The notes under the pieces were generated by a model. That model saw only the letters and a list, made by a program, of their open reading frames with translations. It made no database searches and was not told the DNA's origin. A stretch of 64,000 nt of DNA, taken from Ophelia neglecta (taxonomy: Eukaryota). Made by a program: the position numbers and the translations under genes. Positions within the stretch are counted from its first letter, which is position 1. The number at the start of each line of letters is the position of its first letter. Positions 37,440-49,182 of this stretch are shown piece by piece. The DNA is taken from assembly GCA_965285935.1 (NCBI GenBank), contig OZ260665.1, forward strand, positions 28,210,001 through 28,274,000, in the 5' to 3' direction.

Positions 37440-38568
37440 TTAATAGTTCCTTGGGTTAAATTTTTTTCTGTTCATGTTCTGGCTGCCAATTGTCAATAAT
37501 GCCACTCTCTTTGTGATTTTCGTGGGGTTTGAGCGACAAGGTAGCGGTACTAAAAACGAGGGATAAATGTCAACGTTTATCCTTTATAAATCAAATCGAG
37601 CGCAGAGCGTACAATGAACTGGTGGCGATAAAAGGGGTTAAAGCCGAGTAAATCAAAGACAGCAGGACAGCCATGACGTTTCATGACTTTGATCCAAACA
37701 ACCAACGCGCGCTCTTTTCAACCGGCAGTCATTACGCATGCTCGTAAAATGCGGAAGCTGCCATAGCTTTCCATGGTGATAGAAATGTTGTGGCGTGATA
37801 GTAATATCTCAGACTTCTCTTTCGGACAAACATTTCACACGAAGACATTGTGGTCGGTATGAGTGGTAATCACCGAGTGTGAAAAAGTTTGTATCATATA
37901 TATAGGCCTATACGTAGAATATATAATGTGCTACAATAGTAATGTAGTCTTGACTACACTCTATTTCATCATCCGCTTTCACTCCTTAGTTGGAACCAGT
38001 CACAATTTATCACGTAATGAGGGGACTTGTGGCAACTTTCAGCAACTTGCGATATTTTTTCGCTCCGTACGCGTCCGGGCCAACTACTCTGCCCCATTCT
38101 AGAACCGATATTTTTCGGGGCGCCCTCTCATAGTTTTTACTCAATTTGAGTCGATGGGTTAAATTCATCCAAAGTAAACACAATGTACTTAAAAGAGTCC
38201 CGCCGTAGCTGCAGGGCCTCGTGGGCCTTTACTTCTACATAGAGCAACAATTATCGGCTGAACGCTGTAGCTTAGAAGGCACTGTAGGGTACATGATATC
38301 AAAATATCGTTATTTCGGTTACCCATTGCAGTTGTGACTAATATCCTTTTTATGCCCGCAATACTCACGTACACCCCCCCCCCCCCAAATCAACTGGGAG
38401 ATAGGCCTAACTTTGACCAGTTTCTTTAATGTCTATATGGTCGTCGGTCTAAATACAAACATTTGTGTAGCGGTTATCAGCTTTTTTGAAAGGTCATGAT
38501 GAATTTCTCCCTCATGCAGTGACAAGCCTATACTTCTCAATGATAAATTCAAAGACCTGCTACAGTCA

Positions 38569-38927
38569 GAGTGTTTCATCGCTGCTGGTATCACGTGATA
38601 CCATCGTTCAAAATGGCCGCCGCACAAATTTTGCTCAGAAAAGGCCGGCTATGCATGGTACTGGAAACTTTCAACAAAGCAAGGGTAGGATAATCCTACT
38701 TTAACTCACTAGTTTCGCTAGAAAAATTCAAATATTATACAGCCTCGGTGGGTCAAAAATAAGGTTTGACGGTAACACGGAACAGATGATCAGGTAACAT
38801 GCTATGGTGAAAGTTAACAGTGCCATAGCTGGCCCTAAACACCTGAACACGGATTGCATTTCTGAGCCACATTTGTTCGACGGCCATTTTGAATGACGGT
38901 AACACGTGACCAGCAGTCGGAACACTG
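38569..38927. mobile_element. Foldback-like MITE with long (~110-130 bp) imperfect inverted arms
   Basis: Left AGTGTTTCATCGCTGCTGGTATCACGTGATACCATCGTTCAAAATGGCCGCCGCACAAATTTTGCTCAGAAA versus reverse complement of right AGTGTTCCGACTGCTGGTCACGTGTTACCGTCATTCAAAATGGCCGTCGAACAAATGTGGCTCAGAAA. Similarity continues inward (GGCC.GCTAT..GG.ACTG..AACTTTCA.CA.AGCA). TSD not resolved. Confidence 0.8.
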
Positions 38928-41900
38928 CGAGATTCGTAGTCCTTCTTGCCCATAAAGCCCAGTTTTACAACCCCATAGGGGCGGGCGTCTAATTTTGACC
39001 GCGTTCAGTTTTAGATCAAGTGCGTCCAAATTCCCTCAGCCCTGATTAATTTAAAGCCCTTGTGTGCGAAAGCAACTGCGATTTACAATTCTCGTGTCAG
39101 TTAAATAGGACTGTTGAAAGCAATTGTTGGTCTTGCCGCCATTAGCACTAAATCACTGCCTCATCAATCAAGGCAGAGTTAAACTGGTCGCCACCGGATG
39201 TTACCCTATCGCCCCCTTATCGGCTGGCGTTCCGATCCGTTTCTTATGTACAGCCCGCTTGGCGTGTCTTTTAAGTTGTAAGAGGTGCGAGGAATTTGGC
39301 GTGCCCTTTTACCTGGGCTTGGTGACGAGCGTTTTATCCGGGGATATGATTGAGGAATGTTAGCGGACGGGTGGGGTTACGTCCCGGGACAAAGCGGTGA
39401 CTGTGGGCGCGGTGTTTGGACAGGCGGCCGTCCGGCGTGATGGATCGGGTGTCTCCGGCGATAGATAGCCATCGGCCCCGGAGACCCATCAGTCTCTGCG
39501 GCGAGCAAGTCTGAGAGCTCTCCCGGGCCTGATTGCTCCTGACGCCCAACAGCTAGCCCCGCTTGCCGCCAACACACCTGCGGCCACTGGTCTTCTGGAC
39601 AACTGGAGCTTGGCCCATCCTACCGCCAAGAGCCTATACCATTCCAGGCCTTGCACATCCCCTGGACTGCGACCCCCAGTGCTGGAATCAATCATTATTT
39701 CACATTCTGATGCTTTAAGCTGAGTATCTGACACATTATCTGAGAGGTCAAACGATAATGACTGCTCAGTCGCCCTATTTTAGACAGAAGCCCAAGTGGT
39801 CAGATTTAATCGCCGCCTCAGCCCAGGGACAAATGCCAGGGATAGCCATGTGTTATACCTCCCTTAATGAAATCTTACATTATCAAATCACTAACAGTTA
39901 CCAGGAATGATCCTTACTGAGTTTCTTTCCGTTTGGATGCCGTGTGTCCCGAGAGGAGAATATTCCAAGTTTTTGGTCCGGGGATTGTCTTTGACGATAA
40001 AATGGCATATAACAGTTATCATTTTAAGTTTTTTATATATAGAATGTCCAAGTGAATATAAATAACCACTCGTTCTGCTTCTTAGTCAATCGCCCTTTTA
40101 ATCATGTTTCTCTCTCCAAAGTAGAGACTAATTCAAACCCGATAAACCTTAACTAGCCGACCTGTTAGTTTTAGTGCTCCCGGTATAGTATGTCGGAAGA
40201 TGGCTGGTGAATGTTACGTTCACGACAATCAGGAATTCCCTGACTGATGTCGGCAGAAATTGTTGTGATTGGTCTAAGTGGATGTAGAGATTTGTTTTAT
40301 CAGCTCTGCCATTGAATACGGTTAATTAAGAATGACAAGGCGATAGCCGGCTGATACGTGTGCTCCTTCACAGAGACGGCCAATTTCTGTTTGCGGTAGA
40401 GGCTATCCAGGTCTATTCAGAGCGGGGCCAATTAACTTTGAAATAAGCCGACTTCAAGCAAGTACTTTAAGGTACCAAAAGTGTGACCGAGTGCTTCTAG
40501 ACGACTTCTCCTCTTGTTTTGGGTTTCACAATCAGGCTGTATTTAAAGGAAAACAACTTGCGTACTTTCCGGCTGAAGTCTTATGTGTACAAACAAACAA
40601 ACCTTAGGCCTATGGTCTTTTCGAAACGCGTGTGAGAGCTATAGAGTAGCTACCAGTGGACGCTGACACTCAGCAGAGCAAGCAGTCTGCAGCAGCCCTA
40701 CTTTATCAACTTTATCATTTTTCTAATTGATTGATACGGAAGTTAATATGTGTGAGTTGTAATTGTGTTGGCCACGCCACGCTTGCCTGCTAACCCCGGG
40801 GCCAGCCCTGGTTCATACCTCTGTGATGTTGTCGGTGTTAACAGGGCGGAGGTGTAGTTCGGAACTCGATCTCCTGCCGAGGACCATCCGCCCACCCTCT
40901 GGCCATTAATCCTCTCCCTGACAACTCTGACAGCTTCAATATACCTTCTCTCCATCACCGACCACTCGAGCACGCGGCTTAAAAACTCCTGGCTACGTGG
41001 CTATAGGAGCTGGAGGTGGAGGATGGCGGATGTTTAGGTAAGTACCGTAAACTGGCGTGGCTTTCTGGCCGCATTACTCCCAAATTTGCGATTGATGGGC
41101 GACAGAGGTCGTAGCCTGGGTGTGCAGGAATTAGAACATCTGACAAGCGGCAATAAACGTCTCTTTGATGCGAAAGTCACGTGGATGAAGTCAAGGTCAG
41201 AGGTTTGAGTCTGTGAACTCCGAGGACTGACCCTTACACTAAGGTCGCTTTATTTGTTGTAAACAGAAACATCGCTTCGCATGTCGATCTGAAAACTTGA
41301 CACCAGTCATACTACACACAAAAAGTGGTTTCTGCTTGAATACTGTCATTAATGTTCAGATGTGATCTGGGATAATAGGCCTATATCTTTTACACTCGTT
41401 ACTAAGTTATTCCCGTTGCAGTTGCCACATGCCGGAAGCCTAGAGGTCGGCGTTGGGTCAGAGAGGGTTCCCTTCGGGTTCCGCGGCCGCACCGTTCTGA
41501 CAAACAGCCCTTGTCACTATCACTCCCTAGCTTATCCATGGCCTCCTGTCCGTCGATAAACACATGAAGCTCGCACACCTTTATCCTAGCTCTGTTAGAC
41601 GGATGGGAAGTAAGTATACGTGTACGTATATGTATATATATCCTGGGGACGAATCAAGCCATAGTTCATCGGAAAGCGAATTCTCGCATATGCCAAAACT
41701 TTCTTGAACTCCCCACGGACAAAAGTCATTGCTTAAACAAGTGTAACGTGAATTTTGATGCGACCCCGTTCAGCTGGCCTAGAAATTCACATTCTTTTAA
41801 ATAGATAGACATGCCAAACCTAGCGTGTCTGTTTTGAATTGTAAATTATTTTGAAATTATGTGACCGAATGGTCTTTATCCATTACTGAGCGTACATTAG

Positions 41901-43380
41901 AGGACTGTTCCTTGAATCTGCTATATAAAATACACATGCTTACACATGCATGCTACTTCCCGTCCACCGTTTTAGGCGATGGACTAATATGCGTCAATCA
42001 GCCCCGATAGGTGCTACAACGCAAAGCTTCAATAAGAGGATTTTTGGATAATTTCGCCATCAAGACAATGTCCGCTATCCTTGATAACCAAACTCCCCCT
42101 TTTAATAACTAATTAGCAGTTTCGTGCGTTCCTGAATCATTTTTTGATGGCACGTTAGACGTTTGTTTGTGAGCATTGATAATATATTTTAGTATGGTGA
42201 AATTTCTAACCTTTCTCACTAAATAATTGAGTAATGTATTCTCGAATAGGTAGTTCGAGGCATGAGAGGGGGCTCGGACCCCTCTCTCCTCCTCTTGGAG
42301 ACGACTCATCCTTCCAGACAAGTTGCTTTGAAGCAAGCCCCTGCCTTGGCCAGAAAGGGGGGTATGATTGCGTATGTGGCTGAGCGGAAGGGGATATCTG
42401 ACTTGCGTTAGGGGAGGGAAATCATGTAGACCCATGAAAGTGGCTGCATTCTTTCAGTGATGAAAAAAAGGTTTAAAATGACGTCCCCTATCCTCCCCGC
42501 TCCATATTTCTGACCGGCTCTTAAGCTTAAGTACAGTAACCACACAGGCTTTCTTTTTCCAATGGATGCAGCGTACGACCACGAGAAACGGGGCAGAACA
42601 CCCGGCAGACAAACCTAAACATAGTGTAGTGCATAAATCGGTCCGAAATCATCAGAAACAACAGCCCCGCACACTTCAATACATCAATCACCGGCTCCCA
42701 AATAGTAAATAACTTGTCATGCAAATAAAAAATTATGAAAACCTAAATTCAATTTCACTTCCAATATGAATTATAGGTCTATCCTATTGGTTGAGTATTT
42801 ATCTGTGGCTTGAACAATGCCTGTTTAAATGTGAAGAGTTAATAACCCTGGGTCATTTATCTAGACATCAGGACAACGTGTATTTTGTAATCAGACAGTA
42901 AAGCATAAGCTTTACAAAGGACTGGTGGAATATTCATCTATGAATTTTGAAAATGCCCGTTTTTTTCGGGACATATACGCCAAGAAGAATCCAACAAAAT
43001 GACTAACTGCTTATACTAGTGTATAAGTATAGGTGTCTAGGTAATTGAATTAGTATTTCTGTGATTATCGTGACAATTTTAAATCAATTTGAATGAAGCC
43101 ATTCTGTTCTTTCCGATCATCAAAGAAGCGATCATTATCCACTTATTCCAATATTTGACCGTTTTAAGCTTATTAAATAAATGACAGAAGTAAAGTAATG
43201 CCGTTTCATTCCCCCCCCCCTCTCCCCCCCGTCCGCAGGCAACATCGCTTGACTTTCTTCGTCGTCAGCAAAAAACGAACAATTAATTGTGATGACTACA
43301 TATTTTTCTGTTAGTCAAATCATTTTTTAAAGATGATAACATGCATTCACGAGTAACAACTGTTATTAATGTAATCAACA

Positions 43381-43620
43381 AGCACAACTGGTATACTTAT
43401 AATTATGAGGAATCATGTAAAAATCACCACGAACATGCCAGGAACACAATTGATCACTGTTTCCAACATGATAATTATTACTTAAAAAGTAATTATATCC
43501 AATTTGCTACATCTGGGTATGTAAATCAATAGTCTGTCTTTGGCAGGGCAAATAACAACTGATGTATATAATTTGGTTAATGACAAATCTTCAATAACTA
43601 ATTGTTAGTCCACTCTGTAC
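43381..43620 (-). pseudogene. Possible degraded LINE apurinic-endonuclease (APE) fragment, antisense to the adjacent RT
   Basis: Manual minus-strand translation VQSGLTISY*RFVINQIIYISCYLPCQRQTIDLHTQM*QIGYNYFLSNNYHVGNSDQLCSWHVRGDFYM. It has hydrophobic-YLP and GDF motifs in one frame at APE-like spacing, with internal stops. Confidence 0.3.
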
Positions 43621-43644
43621 ACAACTAATATTAACAGTTTCTAA

Positions 43645-46052
43645 ACTTTCCAGTTTACCAAACACTCTCGTATTTGTAAAGCTAAAGAAAACAATAAGGA
43701 AACTAGTAATGTCCTTCGGCTCAAAAAAGCTAATGTTAAACAATATTGGAAAATACTCAAAGGAACAAGCACCCAAAAACATCCTAATATATCATTAGAG
43801 GAGTTTCATGACTTTTTTCGGTCGGTAAATAACCCTGATAATATGGAAGATTTTGAAATAGGAGATGATGTACAGCATTTTGTTAATGGACAGGACTTTA
43901 GTGACCCTATGTATCACGAACTTGATAGAGAAATTAGCCTCGAGGAGTTGCGGGCAGCAGTCCGTCAGCTTAAAACTAACAAGAGTTCCGGAGAAGATAT
44001 GGTAATTAATGAAATTCTGATGTACAGCGATGAACTGCTGCCGTCTTTACTGATCTTGTTTAATGACATCTTCAACTCCGGTGTTTTCCCTAAAAGCTGG
44101 ACAAATGGTATAATTATGCCGATACATAAGAAAGGCAGTATACACGATGTGTCAAACTACAGAGGTATCACCCTATTAAGTGTTGTCAGTAAATTGTTTA
44201 CAAGAGTTTTAAACAACAGACTCTCTAAATGGGCAGAAACCTATGGTGTGTATGTAGAGGGCCAGGCAGGGTTCAGACCTGGGTATGGCACATTGGACAA
44301 CATTTTTGTATTGAACGGATTAATCGAGTACTTCTTGAAAGAGAGAAAACCGTTATACTGTGCGTTTATTGATTTTAGGAAAGCTTTCGATTATATAAAC
44401 CGAGACGGTTTGTGGTATAAGCTTATTAAATTAGGTGTCACCGGTAAAATGTTACGTGTGATCCAAAGTATGTATTCTCAGGTTAAGTCAGTGGTTAGGG
44501 ACCACAATGGAAACATAAGTAACAGCTTTGATTGTGTCTTAGGGGTTAGACAAGGAGAGTGTATCTCACCTTTTTTGTTCGCCATGTATATAAATGATTT
44601 GGAGGAAGAATTGTCTAAATGCGACGATGTGACCGGTATAAGTGTGGTATATCTGAAACTTTATATATTGTTATATGCGGACGATGCAGCAATTTTAGCT
44701 GAGTCACCAGAGGGGCTGCAGAAAGGCCTCGATGTCTTAGCTCAGTACTGTACCAGGTGGAAACTAGTCCTTAATACTGATAAGACTAAAGTATTAGTGT
44801 TTAGAAAAGGTCATAATCACAGACAAGTTCGTTTTAGTTATAACGGTACCGAATTAGAAATTGTAAAACAGTTTTGCTATTTAGGTGTGGTCTTTTCTTG
44901 TATTGGTAACTGGAACATTGCGCAGAAAACCATTGCCGGTCAAGCACGGAAAGCTCTATTTAAATATCACCAGTATGTGTATAAGTTTAACTTTTCAGTT
45001 AAGGAAAAACTACAGCTCTTTGACAAGCTTATATTACCTGTATTAAGTTATGGTGCTGAAGTATGGGGTTTTCACGCTGCTATGGACATTGAGAGAGTTC
45101 ATTTAGCCTTTTGTAAAAAGTTAATGTGCTTGCGCAGTAGTACTAAAAACGAGTTTGTTTATAAGGAACTTGGTAGAGTGCCAATGTATATAGTAAGGTA
45201 TACTCAAATTGTCAAATATTGGTTGAAAGTTATTAGAATGGACGAAAACAGGTTGACATACAAGACATACCAGATTATAAAAAACAATGGTCCCACTAAG
45301 TGGGTGCAAAATGTCAAATCTTTATTATTTGTACATGGGTTTGGTGTCGTATGGGATGCTCAAGGCCCCGGTAATGATAAAGTGTTTCTTGCTGTGTTCA
45401 AGCAAAGGCTACATGACACAGCCCAGCAGTGTATAATGGCACAGTTGACTTCTTCCTCTAAAGGGTTATTTTACAGGGGACTTACTGAAGAATCTAGCTT
45501 AACCACTGTACCAAATTATATTTCCTGTGGTCTTGAAAACAAACGTGTGATCACTCTGTGTAAACTAAGAACGAGAAATCATAGACTAAACGTTGAGGTG
45601 GGAGCCTGGGGTAGGGACCCAATACCGTATAATCAAAGGTTGTGTACACAATGTAATCTGATTGAGGATGAATATCATATAATATGTGAATGTGTTTTGT
45701 ATGAGCAATTACGCTTAAAATATATCCGTCCATACTACAGAGTACGACCTAGTATGCACAAACTCATTAAATTGTTAAACTGCTCTAATAAGAAAATATT
45801 AAACAACCTAGCTATATTCATAGATAAAGCTTTGAAAATTCATGGAAACCAGTGAATGTATGTAAAAAGCATATTTTATATATATATATTTATTTTGTAT
45901 TGATATATATATGTATACGATTCTATGTATAAAGTTGATAATTATATTGTATCTTAAACTATTGCTACTCCTGATTCCGTACATGCATCAGGATCATCAC
46001 TGTACAATGTACAAGTCTATAATGACTTCATTGAACAAATAAATATATATAT
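43645..46052 (+). mobile_element. 5'-truncated non-LTR retrotransposon (LINE), RTE-X-like
   Basis: Open frame from 43645 (after TAA 43642-43644) includes the linker ...NVKQYWKILKG...ISLEEFHDFF. AT-rich 3' UTR with stem-loop CCTGAT...ATCAGG (45970-45992), AATAAA (~46038) and a short (TA)n tail. No endonuclease domain on this strand. Clade call rests on the C-terminal motif only. Confidence 0.9.
43843..45855 (+). CDS. LINE ORF2 fragment: reverse transcriptase plus C-terminal CCHC zinc-knuckle region (670 aa from an internal Met)
   Basis: RT motifs KSSGED, PIHKKGS...NYRGITLLS, QAGFR, AFIDFRKAFD, GVRQGECISPFLF, LLYADD, LNTDKTK, FCYLG; C-terminal KLRTRNHRLNVEVGAW...CTQC...EDEYHIICEC; no stops or frameshifts. 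Confidence 0.95.
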   Translation: MEDFEIGDDVQHFVNGQDFSDPMYHELDREISLEELRAAVRQLKTNKSSGEDMVINEILMYSDELLPSLLILFNDIFNSGVFPKSWTNGIIMPIHKKGSIHDVSNYRGITLLSVVSKLFTRVLNNRLSKWAETYGVYVEGQAGFRPGYGTLDNIFVLNGLIEYFLKERKPLYCAFIDFRKAFDYINRDGLWYKLIKLGVTGKMLRVIQSMYSQVKSVVRDHNGNISNSFDCVLGVRQGECISPFLFAMYINDLEEELSKCDDVTGISVVYLKLYILLYADDAAILAESPEGLQKGLDVLAQYCTRWKLVLNTDKTKVLVFRKGHNHRQVRFSYNGTELEIVKQFCYLGVVFSCIGNWNIAQKTIAGQARKALFKYHQYVYKFNFSVKEKLQLFDKLILPVLSYGAEVWGFHAAMDIERVHLAFCKKLMCLRSSTKNEFVYKELGRVPMYIVRYTQIVKYWLKVIRMDENRLTYKTYQIIKNNGPTKWVQNVKSLLFVHGFGVVWDAQGPGNDKVFLAVFKQRLHDTAQQCIMAQLTSSSKGLFYRGLTEESSLTTVPNYISCGLENKRVITLCKLRTRNHRLNVEVGAWGRDPIPYNQRLCTQCNLIEDEYHIICECVLYEQLRLKYIRPYYRVRPSMHKLIKLLNCSNKKILNNLAIFIDKALKIHGNQ

Positions 46053-48968
46053 GTAAATGGCACAAGGAACAATTAGAAACGAGACGTCTGTTTCCAAATG
46101 TTGGAATTTTTTTTCTCAGAGAAGTTAACTTTTCTATCTCATTTTAAATACAAATATCCGGCGGTTCGTGTGTAAATACGTTATATAGGTCCAAGAAGTG
46201 AATGTAGCTAGTTTGGTGAAATGGCAGTTTTGAAAGGTTCGTTGTATCCCTAAATGAAAGAAATCCAATATCATTCCAGGAACCATGGTCTATAGCATTG
46301 CAATTAAAACACAATAGGTTCCATTGACGAGTAAAATTAGTTTTCAGAAATAATCTTAGAGTTAAAGTGTATGTTCGAGGGTTAACACAGAAGTCGCACG
46401 CGCACCTATACAACAGTTGCTGTGGCACCGATAGAGGAATTGGGAAGCACATTAAGTAAGCAACAAGACGTTACCGTAGAATAAATGTTTCGTCGCAGCA
46501 TAGTAGTGTTCTTTTTACTTTTACTTTTTTAGGTTTACTTTTTTAGATACAGAACTTTTAAAGATACAATTTTTTAACAAGTTTAGTAAAACTCGCAGGA
46601 ATGGCATACTTGTAGGCACCTTGCAGAACCGTCTCAATGAGAAGACAAGGTGTTACGCTCAGCACTTGGAACTGGGTTACAACGTACAGAGAACCGCTTG
46701 TGTACATTCAAGTGTGGCATTGACTAACATTAAAAACAACATTAATACAGACAGGTTAACATCAGCTCATCCACAGAAGTCCACCCAGAGGACAGCTAGG
46801 CCTATACAGGAGATTATCCACAGGACATATGAACAAAAATGGTTTAAAATGAAGTACCTGACAAGGTACCACATATTAGGAAAACCATTATGCCACGGAT
46901 ATCATCTGTTTGGTTTTAGAAGGCACGACAAGTACACGTAGAACACTGTAGCCCACTTGGTTTTCGTTTAACCTTTCCCCCCATATTTCATTTAGTCACA
47001 CCGGGCTTATATTCGGCCCGATTACGATTCTAACATATATATTGGTGTTCATTTCAACTTGCCCAGTATGACATTGATATTCTGTGTTTATGACCCGGCG
47101 TTTCTGCTGCGTCCATTAGTGTTGTCCATAGATTTGCCGAGTATGATATATGTCGCCAGCCTTCTGCCCCTTGTTGGCTGGCTCTAGATATATACCCCGC
47201 GCTCCTCGCGTGGTTGCTTTGAAACACCCTAACTAGTCAATAAATCACCATCACGCTCACAGTGCCCGTAATTGTTCTCACATGCCATCGCCACCCGTCG
47301 GATATTTGTACAAAAATAAATGACAGCCCCGAATATTTGTACGAGAATAGATGACACGGGCTGTGGCTAGCTCTTCTCGCTTGTCAGACGCTGTCTGTCA
47401 ATATTTGAAAAGGTTATCCATCTTGTTTAAGACAGATAACTACTGATGGATGGACGCTGAATGGACGAAGCCGAAATGAGTCTCAGCCATGATGTAGAGC
47501 CAGAGAGAAATATAGGTGCTGTAATAGACTCTTCTGCTCCCTCACAAGTCAATGTGTTGATGTCAGCTAGGAGTCGTATTCACCTCCAAGAATGTGTACG
47601 TCAGCCACTTCATTTACAGTTTAGTTTAAAACGCCTGCTGCTCAAATGCCGCAGACCCTATGATGTGCTTTACGGCTTCGACATTTCTTTTTTCCATGAA
47701 AACGGAGCATACTTCATTTAAAGTTTAAAATAATTAACACACTTATCATTTCACTTTTTAACCACTCTATATATTGGTGAAATAAAAAGTGCCTCCTGTT
47801 CTGTTTAAAAAGTAGATATACCTTAGACTAGATCACTTCCCTCTATCACTGCTAGAAGGAGCTGAGCAGACAGTAGGAGCACAGGACTGGGTCCAGATAT
47901 ACCTATTGGCAACTGACTTCTCAAACTCATATAGGACCACTGTTCTACAGGCGATGAATTGAGTTTCTGTTTTGACAAATCATACATGAGCATATAACTT
48001 CATTTTCCTAATACTATTCAATATAGTAGGCATTTATTTCGATTTAGATGTAGAAATGGAATTTATTTTTTGTTAAAAGCCAGGCCAACAAGCTTTGTAT
48101 CCACGGGAATGGGTCTGAACACCGGAACAATTTCAGCCTCTCATTCATTCAAGAGACCTGGAGGGAAGAAATCAAATCTCACGTGTTTGGTCGGTGGAGA
48201 AAAATGATCTTTCTGTTCACACTCTCTGTTAGCTGGAAAGATGACAATGGTGCCCGAAAAGCATCAGTCGAGGAAGGAATGCTACTATGGCTAGTTTGTG
48301 GTGCTTTTCAACAGACATTGTCTGATCAGTGTGTAAAATCTGCTCGGCTAACATGACGAATCATTCAGCGGCTAACACTTCACTAGGTTCGCCCCGAAAG
48401 ACGGAGTGTGTTGTGCAAAGAGGTTAGCTTGGTCGCTCCCTTTTAAAATTCCCCCGCTGTAGCTTTTAAACAGTCGTCGGTAATTGGAGTTTAGAAATAA
48501 CACTGTTATTTTAGAAAAACAAGACATTTTGATTCACTTCACTTGCTCTTTTCTGCCAAAATTATTATTCTCTCTTTTCGCGGCGAGGCTTTGAGGAAAT
48601 ACGATGCTGTTTATCAAGTCAGCCCCGAACGAGCCTACGTTATGCCCGTGTCAGGGAGCTGTCTGTTTAGATCTAACCCTGCCATGATCCACCGTATGTA
48701 ACAGGGCTTAGTGGCTAAACCCTGCTCTGGTCGCGGTCAAGGTGTGAACTGAGCAAGCTTGTTAAGGGGGATGGCACGTCCAATCTGATCGCCTCTGTGT
48801 TTTATAACGTCAAGTCGTTAATAGGTCGACTGTAAAACGAGAATGGATACTCGACAGACAAAACGAAAGTTATTAGCATATATCTATAACGTTAACGGAT
48901 TGGTTCAAATTAATCAGGAAACGTCAACCGTAGGTTTACAAATATCAAATGTGGGTTAACAAACATGG

Positions 48969-49182
48969 CCAATCAACTGTGGGCTTACAACCGGGTAGTG
49001 TAGGGACACAACCATCAACTGTGGGCTCACAACCATCATCCAAAAACGGTAAGTTCCCGCATCAACTGTGTTCATAAACGGCCACCATCAGCTATACAGT
49101 AGGCCTATAGAATTTCAACCGTCAACTGTAGGCGCTCAACCTTTAATAGTAGGCAGACACCCATCAACCATCAAATAGTGTA
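48969..49182. repeat. Old degenerate ~21-bp tandem repeat (ACCATCAACTGTGGGCTCACA-like)
   Basis: CATCAACTGT(G/A)GG motif recurs about 6-7 times. Confidence 0.55.

Noticed and set aside
43518-46058. TATGTAAAT on both sides of the LINE as a possible TSD
   Set aside because: Low-complexity AT-rich 9-mer, about 125 bp from the apparent 5' junction and inside the putative antisense remnant.
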